The notes under the pieces were generated by a model. The model searched no databases. It saw only the letters and a program-made list of their open reading frames with translations, and had not been told where the DNA came from. From Candidatus Saccharimonadales bacterium (GTDB lineage Bacteria > Patescibacteriota > Saccharimonadia > Saccharimonadales > EFPC-124), in contig DASTDY010000063.1 in the NCBI GenBank assembly GCA_035710125.1, positions 150,446 to 214,445 on the forward strand: a stretch of 64,000 bases of DNA, given 5' to 3'. Positions 52,733 to 61,598 of the stretch are shown here, piece by piece; the first letter of the stretch is position 1, and every line of letters begins with the position of its first letter. The position numbers and the translations under genes were made by a program.

Positions 52733-55375
52733 TTAAGATACCTTACCCTTCTTAGGAAATAAAGGTTTTGCCTGCTTATCTTTTGTTTGGGTTCTCTTTG
52801 CAGGAGTCTTTCGTTTTGCCGCAGCCTTGGCCTTAGGCTCTTTCGCCTTTGTGGCTGGCTCACTCTTTTTAGAGGGGTCAGGAATTTCCTTTGGTCTTAT
52901 ATATTCTTTGCCGTAGTTCTTCTGCGAAGCAGCAACAGCTCGTTTAGCAACGTTCTCGTCGCCCGATCCCTCTAGTACAATTGTCTCGCCCGAAAATGCT
53001 TCCTGTGCATCACCAGCCGCAATACGCATATAGAAGTTATACTTTGGTAAGTGTGTGATCTCACCCTCTTCAATATAACCTTTGAACTGATGGAGCATTA
53101 ATTCCTCGTCGGCTGGATTCCCGGTACGGAAACAAACAATCGTGCCTGCGTTGTCTAGGATATTTTCGGTGAGCTCGCGGTCTTGCTGTGAAGTAGATTG
53201 TTCGGCCATTGTTAGGAATAGCTTATACTTGCGTGATTCTGACAATATTTGCATAAACAGCGGTGATACAAAATTCTGGAATTCATCCACATACAGGTAG
53301 AACGGACGCCGGTCTTCTTCTTTTGTATTGATGCGGCGGTAGGCCGCAAGCTGCAATCTCGTAAGAATAGCAGTGCCGAGCACGGCCGAAGTATCTTCAC
53401 CAATCGAACCCTTAGCTAGGTTACAGATAAGAATCTTGCCATTTAGTATTTCATCGAAGTCGATGGTTGATTTCTCTTGTTCCAAGATGCGTCGTGTCAC
53501 TACGGAACGTTGGAAACGCCCAATCTTGGTAGTGACGCCATCCATGGCTTTATATTTCTGGTAGTTACCTGCCAGGCCAAACTCGTTGATCCAAAAGTCT
53601 TTAATATCTTCATCGTCTAATGTGGCGACAACTTTCTTACGGAATTCTGGATTGTTAAGTAGCTTGCGGATAGTGAAAAGGGTTGCACCTTCGACGGCAA
53701 AAGCAGTGTGTACGGCATTTCGCAAAACGTGCTCAATGCGATGTCCGCCCGAATCATCCTCGGAGAAAATCTTGCGGAAAACGGAGACGATCGACTCCGT
53801 AACGAAGTCCTTCGCAAGTAGTAGCTCATCGCCAGTAAGACCCTCTGGCAATTCAAGTAAGTTCAAGCCAATAGGATTGCTGATGTCTGCCGGATTAAAG
53901 TAAATGACATCCTTCATCCGCTCCTCTGGAATATACTTGAGCAGCTTTGCCGCCATGTCTCCGTGCGGATCGACTACGGCAACGCCCTTGCCGTTCTGTA
54001 TATCTTGCAGGATTGCATATTGCAGTAGCGTTGTTTTGCCATTACCCGTACCACCGATAATGTACATATGACGTTCACGTTCATCTGTGGTCAGGCCAAT
54101 GTTTGTTGTTTCGCCGTGATGGTTATTGTTACCGAGCACTACGTCAAAAGTACTGTCATCAGTACGATTCTTAAGAAGTGTTGGTGCTGGCAGAGTTCGG
54201 CTATGGGAACGAGTCATACCTTCAGTTGTAATTGCGCCATAGGGGAAATGGTAGATACTGGCAAGCTCAGATGCTGCAAGAATATTAGTACCAAACACAA
54301 AGAATGATGGCATACGACGTTCAAGCTTGAACATGCCCATCTTTTGACCCAGCCAATCGGGATGTAGCCGAGGCATGTGTAATTGTTGTGTGCTCACTGA
54401 GTTGAGGGGAGCAAGTGAACTGGTGATACCCGAAGATAAATCATAAAGTCGCGAGTTACTTGCGGCTGAGACCAATATACGGATATCTGTTCTAAAAAGT
54501 GGTTGGTTTAACTTCGCCAGCACACCTGCAAATACTTCTTGTTGTGCCTGGGTAAGCTCGGGTTCATCGCGGCGTATGAATAACGAAACGACAAGCAGTA
54601 CCAATAACAAGGATGCAGTAGCCTTTAGATCATTGGTAAAAAGGCCGTACACAGCAGTGATTAGCCATACCCATATGGGACGGCTTAATATAAAGTATCG
54701 TAACTTACGGTCTAGGACGGCATAGCCAGTACCCTCAATCTTGGCACGCAGCCGGTTAGTCCAGTATGAATGGTGCGGTGCGAGCACGAGCTGCATAGTC
54801 ACCTTCTCATCTGGCTTTAGCTTAGTCATTGCTCCTGTAATAAATGTAACTGGGTCACTTTGATCGAGTGCTTCGTGGGCTTGCAAAGGATAGGCGTAAT
54901 GATAGGCTTGTTTGACTTCAAAGACACGGCTGTGGCTACTACGAGCTTCCCCTGTTGCCGATTCCAATATTCTGAACTGGGCATCGGGCAAGTACGCTGC
55001 TAATTGCCGCTGAAGCGTTTCGGCATCGCCTGGATGTATATGCATAAGGTAGCGAATACCTTCTTTGCGAGTGGCACTAATTTCAAGCGGCGCGACTTCA
55101 TTACGATTGATAAGCTGCCCTATGACCGCGAAAAGCTGCTGCGTAGCAAGCGGTGACTTCTCTATATGCTTAGGCGGTGTGATCTCAAGAATGACGCGTG
55201 GGTGGTTACGCATCTTCCAGAAATTCCACATACCTTTTAGCACGGTATAAGTTGGTTCAAGTATCCAACGGTAAATCAAATACACCACGATGATTAACAA
55301 GGCAACACTAAGAGAACGGTCAAAGAGATTGTGACCCAAGAAATTCAGTGCGTCGTCTAGTGTAAGCATAACCAC
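52733..55375 (-). CDS. Membrane-anchored TraD/VirD4/FtsK-like coupling ATPase
   Basis: TM helix, a ~190-aa domain, two TM helices, then Walker A IIGGTGNGKTT, VVDPHGD, Walker B FYLYVDEFQNF, TMAEQSTSQ. Lys-rich tail. Start is GTG 55375 or ATG 55369. Confidence 0.7.
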   Translation of the reverse strand: MVMLTLDDALNFLGHNLFDRSLSVALLIIVVYLIYRWILEPTYTVLKGMWNFWKMRNHPRVILEITPPKHIEKSPLATQQLFAVIGQLINRNEVAPLEISATRKEGIRYLMHIHPGDAETLQRQLAAYLPDAQFRILESATGEARSSHSRVFEVKQAYHYAYPLQAHEALDQSDPVTFITGAMTKLKPDEKVTMQLVLAPHHSYWTNRLRAKIEGTGYAVLDRKLRYFILSRPIWVWLITAVYGLFTNDLKATASLLLVLLVVSLFIRRDEPELTQAQQEVFAGVLAKLNQPLFRTDIRILVSAASNSRLYDLSSGITSSLAPLNSVSTQQLHMPRLHPDWLGQKMGMFKLERRMPSFFVFGTNILAASELASIYHFPYGAITTEGMTRSHSRTLPAPTLLKNRTDDSTFDVVLGNNNHHGETTNIGLTTDERERHMYIIGGTGNGKTTLLQYAILQDIQNGKGVAVVDPHGDMAAKLLKYIPEERMKDVIYFNPADISNPIGLNLLELPEGLTGDELLLAKDFVTESIVSVFRKIFSEDDSGGHRIEHVLRNAVHTAFAVEGATLFTIRKLLNNPEFRKKVVATLDDEDIKDFWINEFGLAGNYQKYKAMDGVTTKIGRFQRSVVTRRILEQEKSTIDFDEILNGKILICNLAKGSIGEDTSAVLGTAILTRLQLAAYRRINTKEEDRRPFYLYVDEFQNFVSPLFMQILSESRKYKLFLTMAEQSTSQQDRELTENILDNAGTIVCFRTGNPADEELMLHQFKGYIEEGEITHLPKYNFYMRIAAGDAQEAFSGETIVLEGSGDENVAKRAVAASQKNYGKEYIRPKEIPDPSKKSEPATKAKEPKAKAAAKRKTPAKRTQTKDKQAKPLFPKKGKVS

Positions 55376-55432
55376 GTCATAATTCTGTTAATTATACAAA
55401 CTAATATAACTGATGAGCAAACAGAAGGCTAG

Positions 55433-56677
55433 CTACTCAAAGTAGTAAAGGGGTAATATGTATTTCGATCCATCTTGGACTGGGTGTCTATGGTTTGCGC
55501 TAAATCTAGCTAGATATTCGTTGTCTACAAAGTCAATTGCATTCCGAAATATATTACTGCCGCCACGCTCCAGGCCATTAATTGTTTCAGCCATTGATCC
55601 GACTAACTGATTTTGACCTATTGCAAGCACGAGCAGGTGCTCATCTGTGCCTCTTCTAATACTGCGGTTTTGCCGATGTGTGTCATAGTGCGTAAGCAGA
55701 GGATCGGCGCTGTCATGCTTGATATAGCGCCCTGATTCAATAATGAGAACGATACGAGGATCGGGGTTGTAGCCTTTTGCCTGTAGGGATTGATACTTAC
55801 TTTCGCTATTGCGGATGATGAATTTTACATCCCTAAAGCTTAGCTTATGTTTGGCGACTAGTCTCTGAAGCCATTCTGCTAGGTGATCTTTGCTCGTTTG
55901 GCTTGTCGTGAGTTCTTGGGAGAATACTTTCTCAACAAATTTTGTGAAATCTCGTGAATCTAAATCAAAAAATTCTACAAAATCCAAAGCCTTTATGTAA
56001 GAGTCTCGCTGATCTGAAAAAGATTTGCCAGCGATGGGAATAAATACTTTTATTTTATTATCAAACTCCGACGCCCTCAAGAAGTGACTAAGTGTCTCGA
56101 TAAAATATATACCTGCATCCCCGGATCGATCTGCATCTTCTATGACGATGTATATTTGTTTCTGCCTGATATCTTTCTTGGCTAGAACATCTTTAAATAT
56201 GTCCTGAATCTGAAATACGCGTTTAGCCGGGCTTGTAGTGAAGAAATCAGCCAACTTACTAACTATCGCCCCGGATCCCTTGAAAGGTATATTTAACGCA
56301 GCGCCAGCGGCTTTAGTGAGCTTCTTTTTAACATCTCCAGACGTACCGTCCATAATCTTTAACGTTTTTGCAAAATCTTTTGGCGCAACTTGCCGCACAA
56401 AATCCAAAACAAACCCTTCCCATAGATTTGTTCGCTCAGGATACTTCCAAGCATCAAAATGTGCCCATATAACATCATCGTTATCGAGTTTGCTGTGTAC
56501 CTTCTCGAGCAATGTACTTTTACCCATGCCGTAGTTACCTACGATGCCCAAGAGGGATTTATTGGAAATTGTTTCGATTTTGCTCTTTAGGCTATCTACA
56601 TGAACGTCAAAAGAAAAAAGATCCTCTGTTTTATAGTCTTCGACCAAAAACAGGGGGTCATTTATCATTGTTGCCAT
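55433..56677 (-). CDS. KAP-family P-loop NTPase without an obvious transmembrane insert
   Basis: Walker A GNYGMGKST, then FDAWKYPERTNLWEGF (KAP signature), Walker B IYIVIEDADRS. The ATG lies 5 nt after the XRE stop, with AAGGA inside the XRE 3' end. Confidence 0.6.
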   Translation of the reverse strand: MATMINDPLFLVEDYKTEDLFSFDVHVDSLKSKIETISNKSLLGIVGNYGMGKSTLLEKVHSKLDNDDVIWAHFDAWKYPERTNLWEGFVLDFVRQVAPKDFAKTLKIMDGTSGDVKKKLTKAAGAALNIPFKGSGAIVSKLADFFTTSPAKRVFQIQDIFKDVLAKKDIRQKQIYIVIEDADRSGDAGIYFIETLSHFLRASEFDNKIKVFIPIAGKSFSDQRDSYIKALDFVEFFDLDSRDFTKFVEKVFSQELTTSQTSKDHLAEWLQRLVAKHKLSFRDVKFIIRNSESKYQSLQAKGYNPDPRIVLIIESGRYIKHDSADPLLTHYDTHRQNRSIRRGTDEHLLVLAIGQNQLVGSMAETINGLERGGSNIFRNAIDFVDNEYLARFSANHRHPVQDGSKYILPLYYFE

Positions 56678-56682
56678 GTCGC

Positions 56683-56910
56683 CTAAAGTCCTTTGAAAAA
56701 CTCGACTACCGTCACATCAAGACACTTCGCTAACTTCTGTAGAGTAGCAAGTCGCGGCCAGCGTCGGCCTTGTTCGATAAAACCAATAGATAGCGGTGTA
56801 ATATCCGCCTTTGCTGCAAGTTGTTCTTGTGTATAGCCACGCTGACGTCGAACATCTGCGACGCGTTTGCCGAAGGCTTTCAGGTATTTGGATTCTTTTG
56901 GATCATTCAT
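56683..56910 (-). CDS. XRE-family HTH transcriptional regulator
   Basis: FGKRVADVRRQRGYTQEQLAAKADITPLSIGFIEQGRRWPRLATLQKLAKCL. I prefer ATG 56910 (MNDPKES). Confidence 0.8.
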   Translation of the reverse strand: MNDPKESKYLKAFGKRVADVRRQRGYTQEQLAAKADITPLSIGFIEQGRRWPRLATLQKLAKCLDVTVVEFFKGL

Positions 56911-56944
56911 TACTTCCAGAGTAAAGAAATATGACAACTCGTAA

Positions 56945-56963
56945 CACTTACAGATTGTAATAT
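56945..56963. promoter_or_regulatory. Operator-like inverted repeat, copy 3 (CACTTACA-GAT-TGTAATA)
   Basis: Lies in the divergent region between the XRE gene and 57025..57465. Matches copy 1. Confidence 0.5.
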
Positions 56964-56999
56964 GTGGCAAAGTGTCCTATTCTAGAACAGATACAACTA

Positions 57000-57015
57000 T
57001 TACAGAGCGTAATAC
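57000..57015. promoter_or_regulatory. Operator-like inverted repeat, copy 4 (TTACA-GAG-CGTAATA)
   Basis: One mismatch to the core. Lies 52 nt from copy 3. Confidence 0.4.
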
Positions 57016-57024
57016 AGATAAAAT

Positions 57025-57465
57025 ATGCACGAACTGAAAATTTTATATCATTCACCGAGAGTTAGCTTGTCTCGCGACTTAGCCGAGCAGATATGCGAAA
57101 GTAGCATGCAGAGTAAGGTGGCTATCGTGACGAGCAGGCCAATAGTACTACTTTCTGCTACAAGAAAACAGTGGCTAAAACTAATACGTCGCGCACAGCG
57201 CGAGCGTTCAAGTACGTTGAATGCCTTAAAGATTGCCAGCTTGACTCAGCAAATAGCCTGGATGCAATCGTTACGCTTTACCGCGACAGCGCCGGACGAT
57301 CTATTGGAAGCTGATGTGACCTTCGCAACTGCCGAAGATTCCGTGCATATACCGCCGGTGTGCAGAACGATTTATGTGACTTATGGATTTGAAAAAGAAA
57401 AGCTGCACATGCTCACGAGTTGGATGCCGAAGGGTGGACTGGTGGTGATGTATGGACAGAAGTAG
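57025..57465 (+). CDS. Hypothetical protein (146 aa)
   Basis: No motif recognised. Overlaps the RadC-like gene by 14 nt. Confidence 0.45.
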   Translation: MHELKILYHSPRVSLSRDLAEQICESSMQSKVAIVTSRPIVLLSATRKQWLKLIRRAQRERSSTLNALKIASLTQQIAWMQSLRFTATAPDDLLEADVTFATAEDSVHIPPVCRTIYVTYGFEKEKLHMLTSWMPKGGLVVMYGQK

Positions 57466-57835
57466 GCCCCTACTTACTACCGAAGCTGCACTGGCGCATG
57501 TCATGTTTATTCGCAACAAGCGGCAGGAATATTTTGTGTGCCTTTCGCTGGATAGTGGCCGCAGATTGATTGCACGGCGCACTGTAACGATCGGCTTATT
57601 GGATATGTCACTGGTACATCCGCGTGAAGTGTTTGCAGGGCCGCTTAAAGATCGAGCTGCTACGGTCATCATTGCTCACAATCATCCTTCGGGCATTGCG
57701 GAGCCAAGTAGACAGGATATTAAAGCAACGCAGCAACTCATCGCCGCAGGTCAGCTGCTCGGTATACCGCTTTCCGATCATATTATCATTACCAAAGATC
57801 GACATTACAGCTTCAGAGAGAGCGGCCTCATCTAG
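57452..57835 (+). CDS. RadC-like JAB/MPN domain protein
   Basis: HPREVFAGPLKDRAATVIIAHNHPSGIAEPSRQDIKATQQL (JAMM motif HxHPSG..PSxxD). Lacks the N-terminal HhH part of full RadC. Confidence 0.8.
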   Translation: MDRSRPLLTTEAALAHVMFIRNKRQEYFVCLSLDSGRRLIARRTVTIGLLDMSLVHPREVFAGPLKDRAATVIIAHNHPSGIAEPSRQDIKATQQLIAAGQLLGIPLSDHIIITKDRHYSFRESGLI

Positions 57836-57888
57836 TAGTAAAACGATGTAAAACATCGCATGATAGCTCTGTTAAATAAGGAGATATC

Positions 57889-59310
57889 ATGCAAGCACAA
57901 CCAAAAGCAGTCATCTTTGCCCGTGTATCGAGCAAAGCACAGGAGGACGAGGGATATTCACTCGACTCACAACTCAAACTTTTACGGGCTTACTGCAAGA
58001 AGAGACGGCTCGATGTCGTTAAGGAGTTCAAGATTGCGGAAACCGCCTCAAAGACGCAGCGCCGTACCGAGTTCCGCGCATTGCTGACGTATATTACAAA
58101 GAATAGGATTCACCACTTTGCTGTAGAGAAAACAGACAGGGCTGCGCGGAATATTAAGGACGCATCCGATATCTACGATTGGATCGAAGGTGACGAAAAG
58201 CGCGTCTTTCACTCGGTTAAAGAAGGGCTGGAGTTGCACAAATGGTCAACCTCACAAGTAAAATTCATGTGGGGCATTTTTGTAGCGTTCGCCAAGCAGT
58301 ATACCGATAGCCTCCGCGAAGAAGCGATGAAGGGCTGGTACGAAAAGTTAGCACAAGGTTGGCTGCCAGCTCCGCCTCCTCCGGGATACAAAACAATTAC
58401 GGAGTACGGTAAGAAAATTCATGTGCCCGATACGGACATTGTTCATAGCATGGTGCACATCTTTCAGCTCGCAAGCTTGCCCGACTATAACGTGAGGCGA
58501 GTAACTGAAGTCTTGGCCGAGCTGGGCGTTACGAGCCGCAAAGGACGGCCATATTCTAAAAGCTATGTCCACAAGACACTGACGAACCCTTTTTATATCG
58601 GCATTAACCGTTTTAATGGCAAGGATTATCCAGGCGCGCAGGAACCGATTATCAGCAAAGAGCTGTTTTATGAGGTGCAAGAAAAGCTCCGTAGACCTCG
58701 TAATGGGCCCGGCAAAAAACACAATCCGGTTTTCAAAGGTATGATCCACTGCACTGATTGTGGCTCAATGGCAACCTGGCAACAACAGAAAGGTCGTTAC
58801 TACGGTGCTTGCCAACGTACAAGCGAGGCATGTCGACGTAAGCCGCTTCTCCGTGGAGATCGTGTCGAATCACAAGTAATCGAAAAACTGGAGGCGATTA
58901 AAGATCGTGGTGGCAAGCTTTTTGATGAGCTTAAGGTTGCCCTGAATCTGGAGCACTCTGCATATATCGGTATGCATCGTAACCAAGTGATGAAGTCTTT
59001 GAAAAGTCAGCTAAGGAGGCTTCAAGTCATGGAAGATGCGTTGTATGAAGATAAGCTAGCGGGCGTGATATCGGACGGTCGATATCAGTCCAAGCGTGCA
59101 GATTTCGCCGATCAAGCTGAGCAAATAATGGCCCGCTTATCGAAGCTCGATGAGATTCAGGCCGAGCGGGATGTTGAGCTCCCGGGTGTAAAGAACAAAA
59201 TTGTAGCGCTCTATCTAAAAAGCACGCCTGGCCAGAAACGTACTATCTTGAGTACTGTGTTTAAGAAAATGATTCTGAGTGGCGGTTTATTAGTGATTGA
59301 GCGAACGTAG
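57889..59310 (+). CDS. Large serine recombinase 2
   Basis: AVIFARVSSKAQ...VEKTDRAARN resolvase domain, a recombinase domain, zinc ribbon CTDCGS...YYGACQ, and a coiled coil. Confidence 0.85.
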   Translation: MQAQPKAVIFARVSSKAQEDEGYSLDSQLKLLRAYCKKRRLDVVKEFKIAETASKTQRRTEFRALLTYITKNRIHHFAVEKTDRAARNIKDASDIYDWIEGDEKRVFHSVKEGLELHKWSTSQVKFMWGIFVAFAKQYTDSLREEAMKGWYEKLAQGWLPAPPPPGYKTITEYGKKIHVPDTDIVHSMVHIFQLASLPDYNVRRVTEVLAELGVTSRKGRPYSKSYVHKTLTNPFYIGINRFNGKDYPGAQEPIISKELFYEVQEKLRRPRNGPGKKHNPVFKGMIHCTDCGSMATWQQQKGRYYGACQRTSEACRRKPLLRGDRVESQVIEKLEAIKDRGGKLFDELKVALNLEHSAYIGMHRNQVMKSLKSQLRRLQVMEDALYEDKLAGVISDGRYQSKRADFADQAEQIMARLSKLDEIQAERDVELPGVKNKIVALYLKSTPGQKRTILSTVFKKMILSGGLLVIERT

Positions 59311-59311
59311 C

Positions 59312-59512
59312 CTACGACTCACGTTCCTTCTGGAATGCTTCGTACAATTCGTCCAGTGCGTTAGGATCAGTAAGAGCTAACCGGCGAGACGCTGCTTTGA
59401 GATATCTAAGCATCTCTTCTGCAAACTCGCGGTTGGCATTTTCCGGATGGAATGATTTTAGGTATCTCAGCATTCCCTGTATATCTTCTTCTGTGATTTC
59501 GTAGCCACTCAT
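59312..59512 (-). CDS. Small hypothetical protein with internal MLRYLK duplication
   Basis: 66 aa with AAGGA RBS. Convergent with recombinase 2 and divergent from the OLD-family gene. Confidence 0.5.
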   Translation of the reverse strand: MSGYEITEEDIQGMLRYLKSFHPENANREFAEEMLRYLKAASRRLALTDPNALDELYEAFQKERES

Positions 59513-59591
59513 AATTCTTCCTTAGTATAGCACCGCTATATTGCTATTAGCTCCCATAGATGTCAATAAGGACATTCCTGCTACAATCGAT

Positions 59592-61598
59592 ATGGAAGAA
59601 GAAAACTCTAATTACGGATTTGTAAGTATGACTGTCGAAGTAGATGATAATGAGCATAGCGAATTAGCCAGCGTTAATTCACAAACAAGGCCTAATTTCT
59701 ATTTAAGTCGCCTAACGATTAAGGGTTTTAGGGTATTAAAAGATGCTACGTTTAACTTTAATCCAAGCCTGAATGTTATTGTTGGCCCAAACAACGGTGG
59801 CAAGAGCGCCCTGATTGATGCATTACGGCTGATTTTTAGTATCGGAACCTATGAAGAAAAAGAGGATCTAATACGGATACAGCACAAAGATGTATCTCGG
59901 CTTCTTGGCGATGTTGATACTGCTTCGATAGTGCTTGAAGCGACTTTTCATGGGCGAAAAGATAGTGATATTCCGGGCATGTTTTATGACATTGATACGA
60001 ATGAGGATGTTGAGGATGATAAAGAGTTTGGAATATTCAAACTCCGGTATCAAGTTAATTTTGGATTTGATGACGTAAGAAAGAGGTTCAGCTATAAGTC
60101 ACGAGATATAAGTGGTGGAAAGGACTTCTCGCATCCTGTTAGCCCTGAATCCTTGGATTATATGAAATCGATATACCTGGAGCCGCTCCGTGATTTAAGC
60201 ACCGATCGAAGACGGATTGGTTTGGAGATAGAGCGATTGCTTTACGGACATGGCGACCACCAAAAGCTGAAAGATATTCCGCCTGAGCTAAAAGAGAAAG
60301 CAAGAGAGTTGCTGGAGAAAGCTACTGACGGAAACAGGCATGAAAATGCTGCTGGGAAGAACTTTGCCAAGTATGCAAGTGCCTATAAGTTCCCGGATAA
60401 TGTATTACACTTTGCGCCCACAAACTTGAACGATGAGCTTTTAAGGTCATTAGAAGCCGTTCTAGAGCACGGAATTCATGGTGCATCCAAGCTGAATCTC
60501 TCTAGTAACGGACTAGGAATTAATAACCTTATATATTCTAGTATTGTTCTGTCCCGCACAAGTGAAGAGTTAAGTCATATCCATCGTTTTTTCTTGATTG
60601 AGGAGCCCGAAGCTCACCTCCATCCTCAATTACAGGACTCTTTCTTTCAAGAGTTGAACAGAATTACTTCCCATCAGATATTTGTAACATCACACTCACC
60701 AACGATTACCGCTAAGAGTGATGTGGATAAGATTATTGTTATGAGCCACCCGCGATCAGATATTGGTGGTCAACCTTCTCATTTGGCTGAAATAGTTAAA
60801 GACGAAGACAAGAGGTATTTACATAAGTTTCTTGATGTTACTCGCTCTCAACTACTCTTTGCGAATTCTGTAATTTTTGTCGAGGGTGTAACTGAGGCAC
60901 TTTTACTAGAACGATTCTCTGAAATGATTGGCTGTGGATTGAGAGAAAGTGGTGTTGAGATTGTGATACTAGGTGCTAAAGGTGGCTTCAGTCATTTCGA
61001 GGCTTTATTCGGCGAGGGCGGATTGCCTCTGCGATGTGCATTCATTACTGACGATGACGCCCGCCCAGACACTATGCCTGTGTCTGTAGCTGATCTCGTT
61101 AAGAAGACAGAGGTTACGAGCGTCACTGGCACAGAAACAGTAAAGACTTTTAAGGGTCTCGGCACATTTGAGTTTGAACTCTTACTTAGCGCTGTGAGTA
61201 ACACGGATATGCAGGCTATCCTCAAGGATAGCCTGACTAAGGCTCGCAACTCAAGTGATGATCAAGTTAATACTGACTTTGTCAGTGATTACTTAGATTT
61301 TTCAAACCCGCTACTCAGCTACAAAAAAATGAAACAGAAGTATGCTACTGCACTAGCTGGAAAGTCACTTTTAGTTAGTGACGAAGAATGGTCTGGTGGC
61401 TCAAGAACAAACAGTGCATTTTTAACTTCAAAATCTGACTACGCATATTATTTATACGAAGCATTGCTATCTAAGACTGACCAAACTGAATTTATAGTTC
61501 CAAAGTACATACGAGATGCAATAGAGTTTGTTGTAACATCAGATCCAGAGCCAGAAGCGGGTATAGTCGATGAAGCTAACGACAGAACAGACCGATAG
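59592..61598 (+). CDS. OLD-family ATP-dependent endonuclease (ABC-type ATPase + Toprim), GajA-like
   Basis: LSRLTIKGFRVL, Walker A GPNNGGKSA, Walker B FFLIEEPEAHLHPQ, Toprim VIFVEGVTEALLLE and FITDDD. Start uncertain: ORF-track TTG 59541, first ATG 59592. Confidence 0.75.
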   Translation: MEEENSNYGFVSMTVEVDDNEHSELASVNSQTRPNFYLSRLTIKGFRVLKDATFNFNPSLNVIVGPNNGGKSALIDALRLIFSIGTYEEKEDLIRIQHKDVSRLLGDVDTASIVLEATFHGRKDSDIPGMFYDIDTNEDVEDDKEFGIFKLRYQVNFGFDDVRKRFSYKSRDISGGKDFSHPVSPESLDYMKSIYLEPLRDLSTDRRRIGLEIERLLYGHGDHQKLKDIPPELKEKARELLEKATDGNRHENAAGKNFAKYASAYKFPDNVLHFAPTNLNDELLRSLEAVLEHGIHGASKLNLSSNGLGINNLIYSSIVLSRTSEELSHIHRFFLIEEPEAHLHPQLQDSFFQELNRITSHQIFVTSHSPTITAKSDVDKIIVMSHPRSDIGGQPSHLAEIVKDEDKRYLHKFLDVTRSQLLFANSVIFVEGVTEALLLERFSEMIGCGLRESGVEIVILGAKGGFSHFEALFGEGGLPLRCAFITDDDARPDTMPVSVADLVKKTEVTSVTGTETVKTFKGLGTFEFELLLSAVSNTDMQAILKDSLTKARNSSDDQVNTDFVSDYLDFSNPLLSYKKMKQKYATALAGKSLLVSDEEWSGGSRTNSAFLTSKSDYAYYLYEALLSKTDQTEFIVPKYIRDAIEFVVTSDPEPEAGIVDEANDRTDR

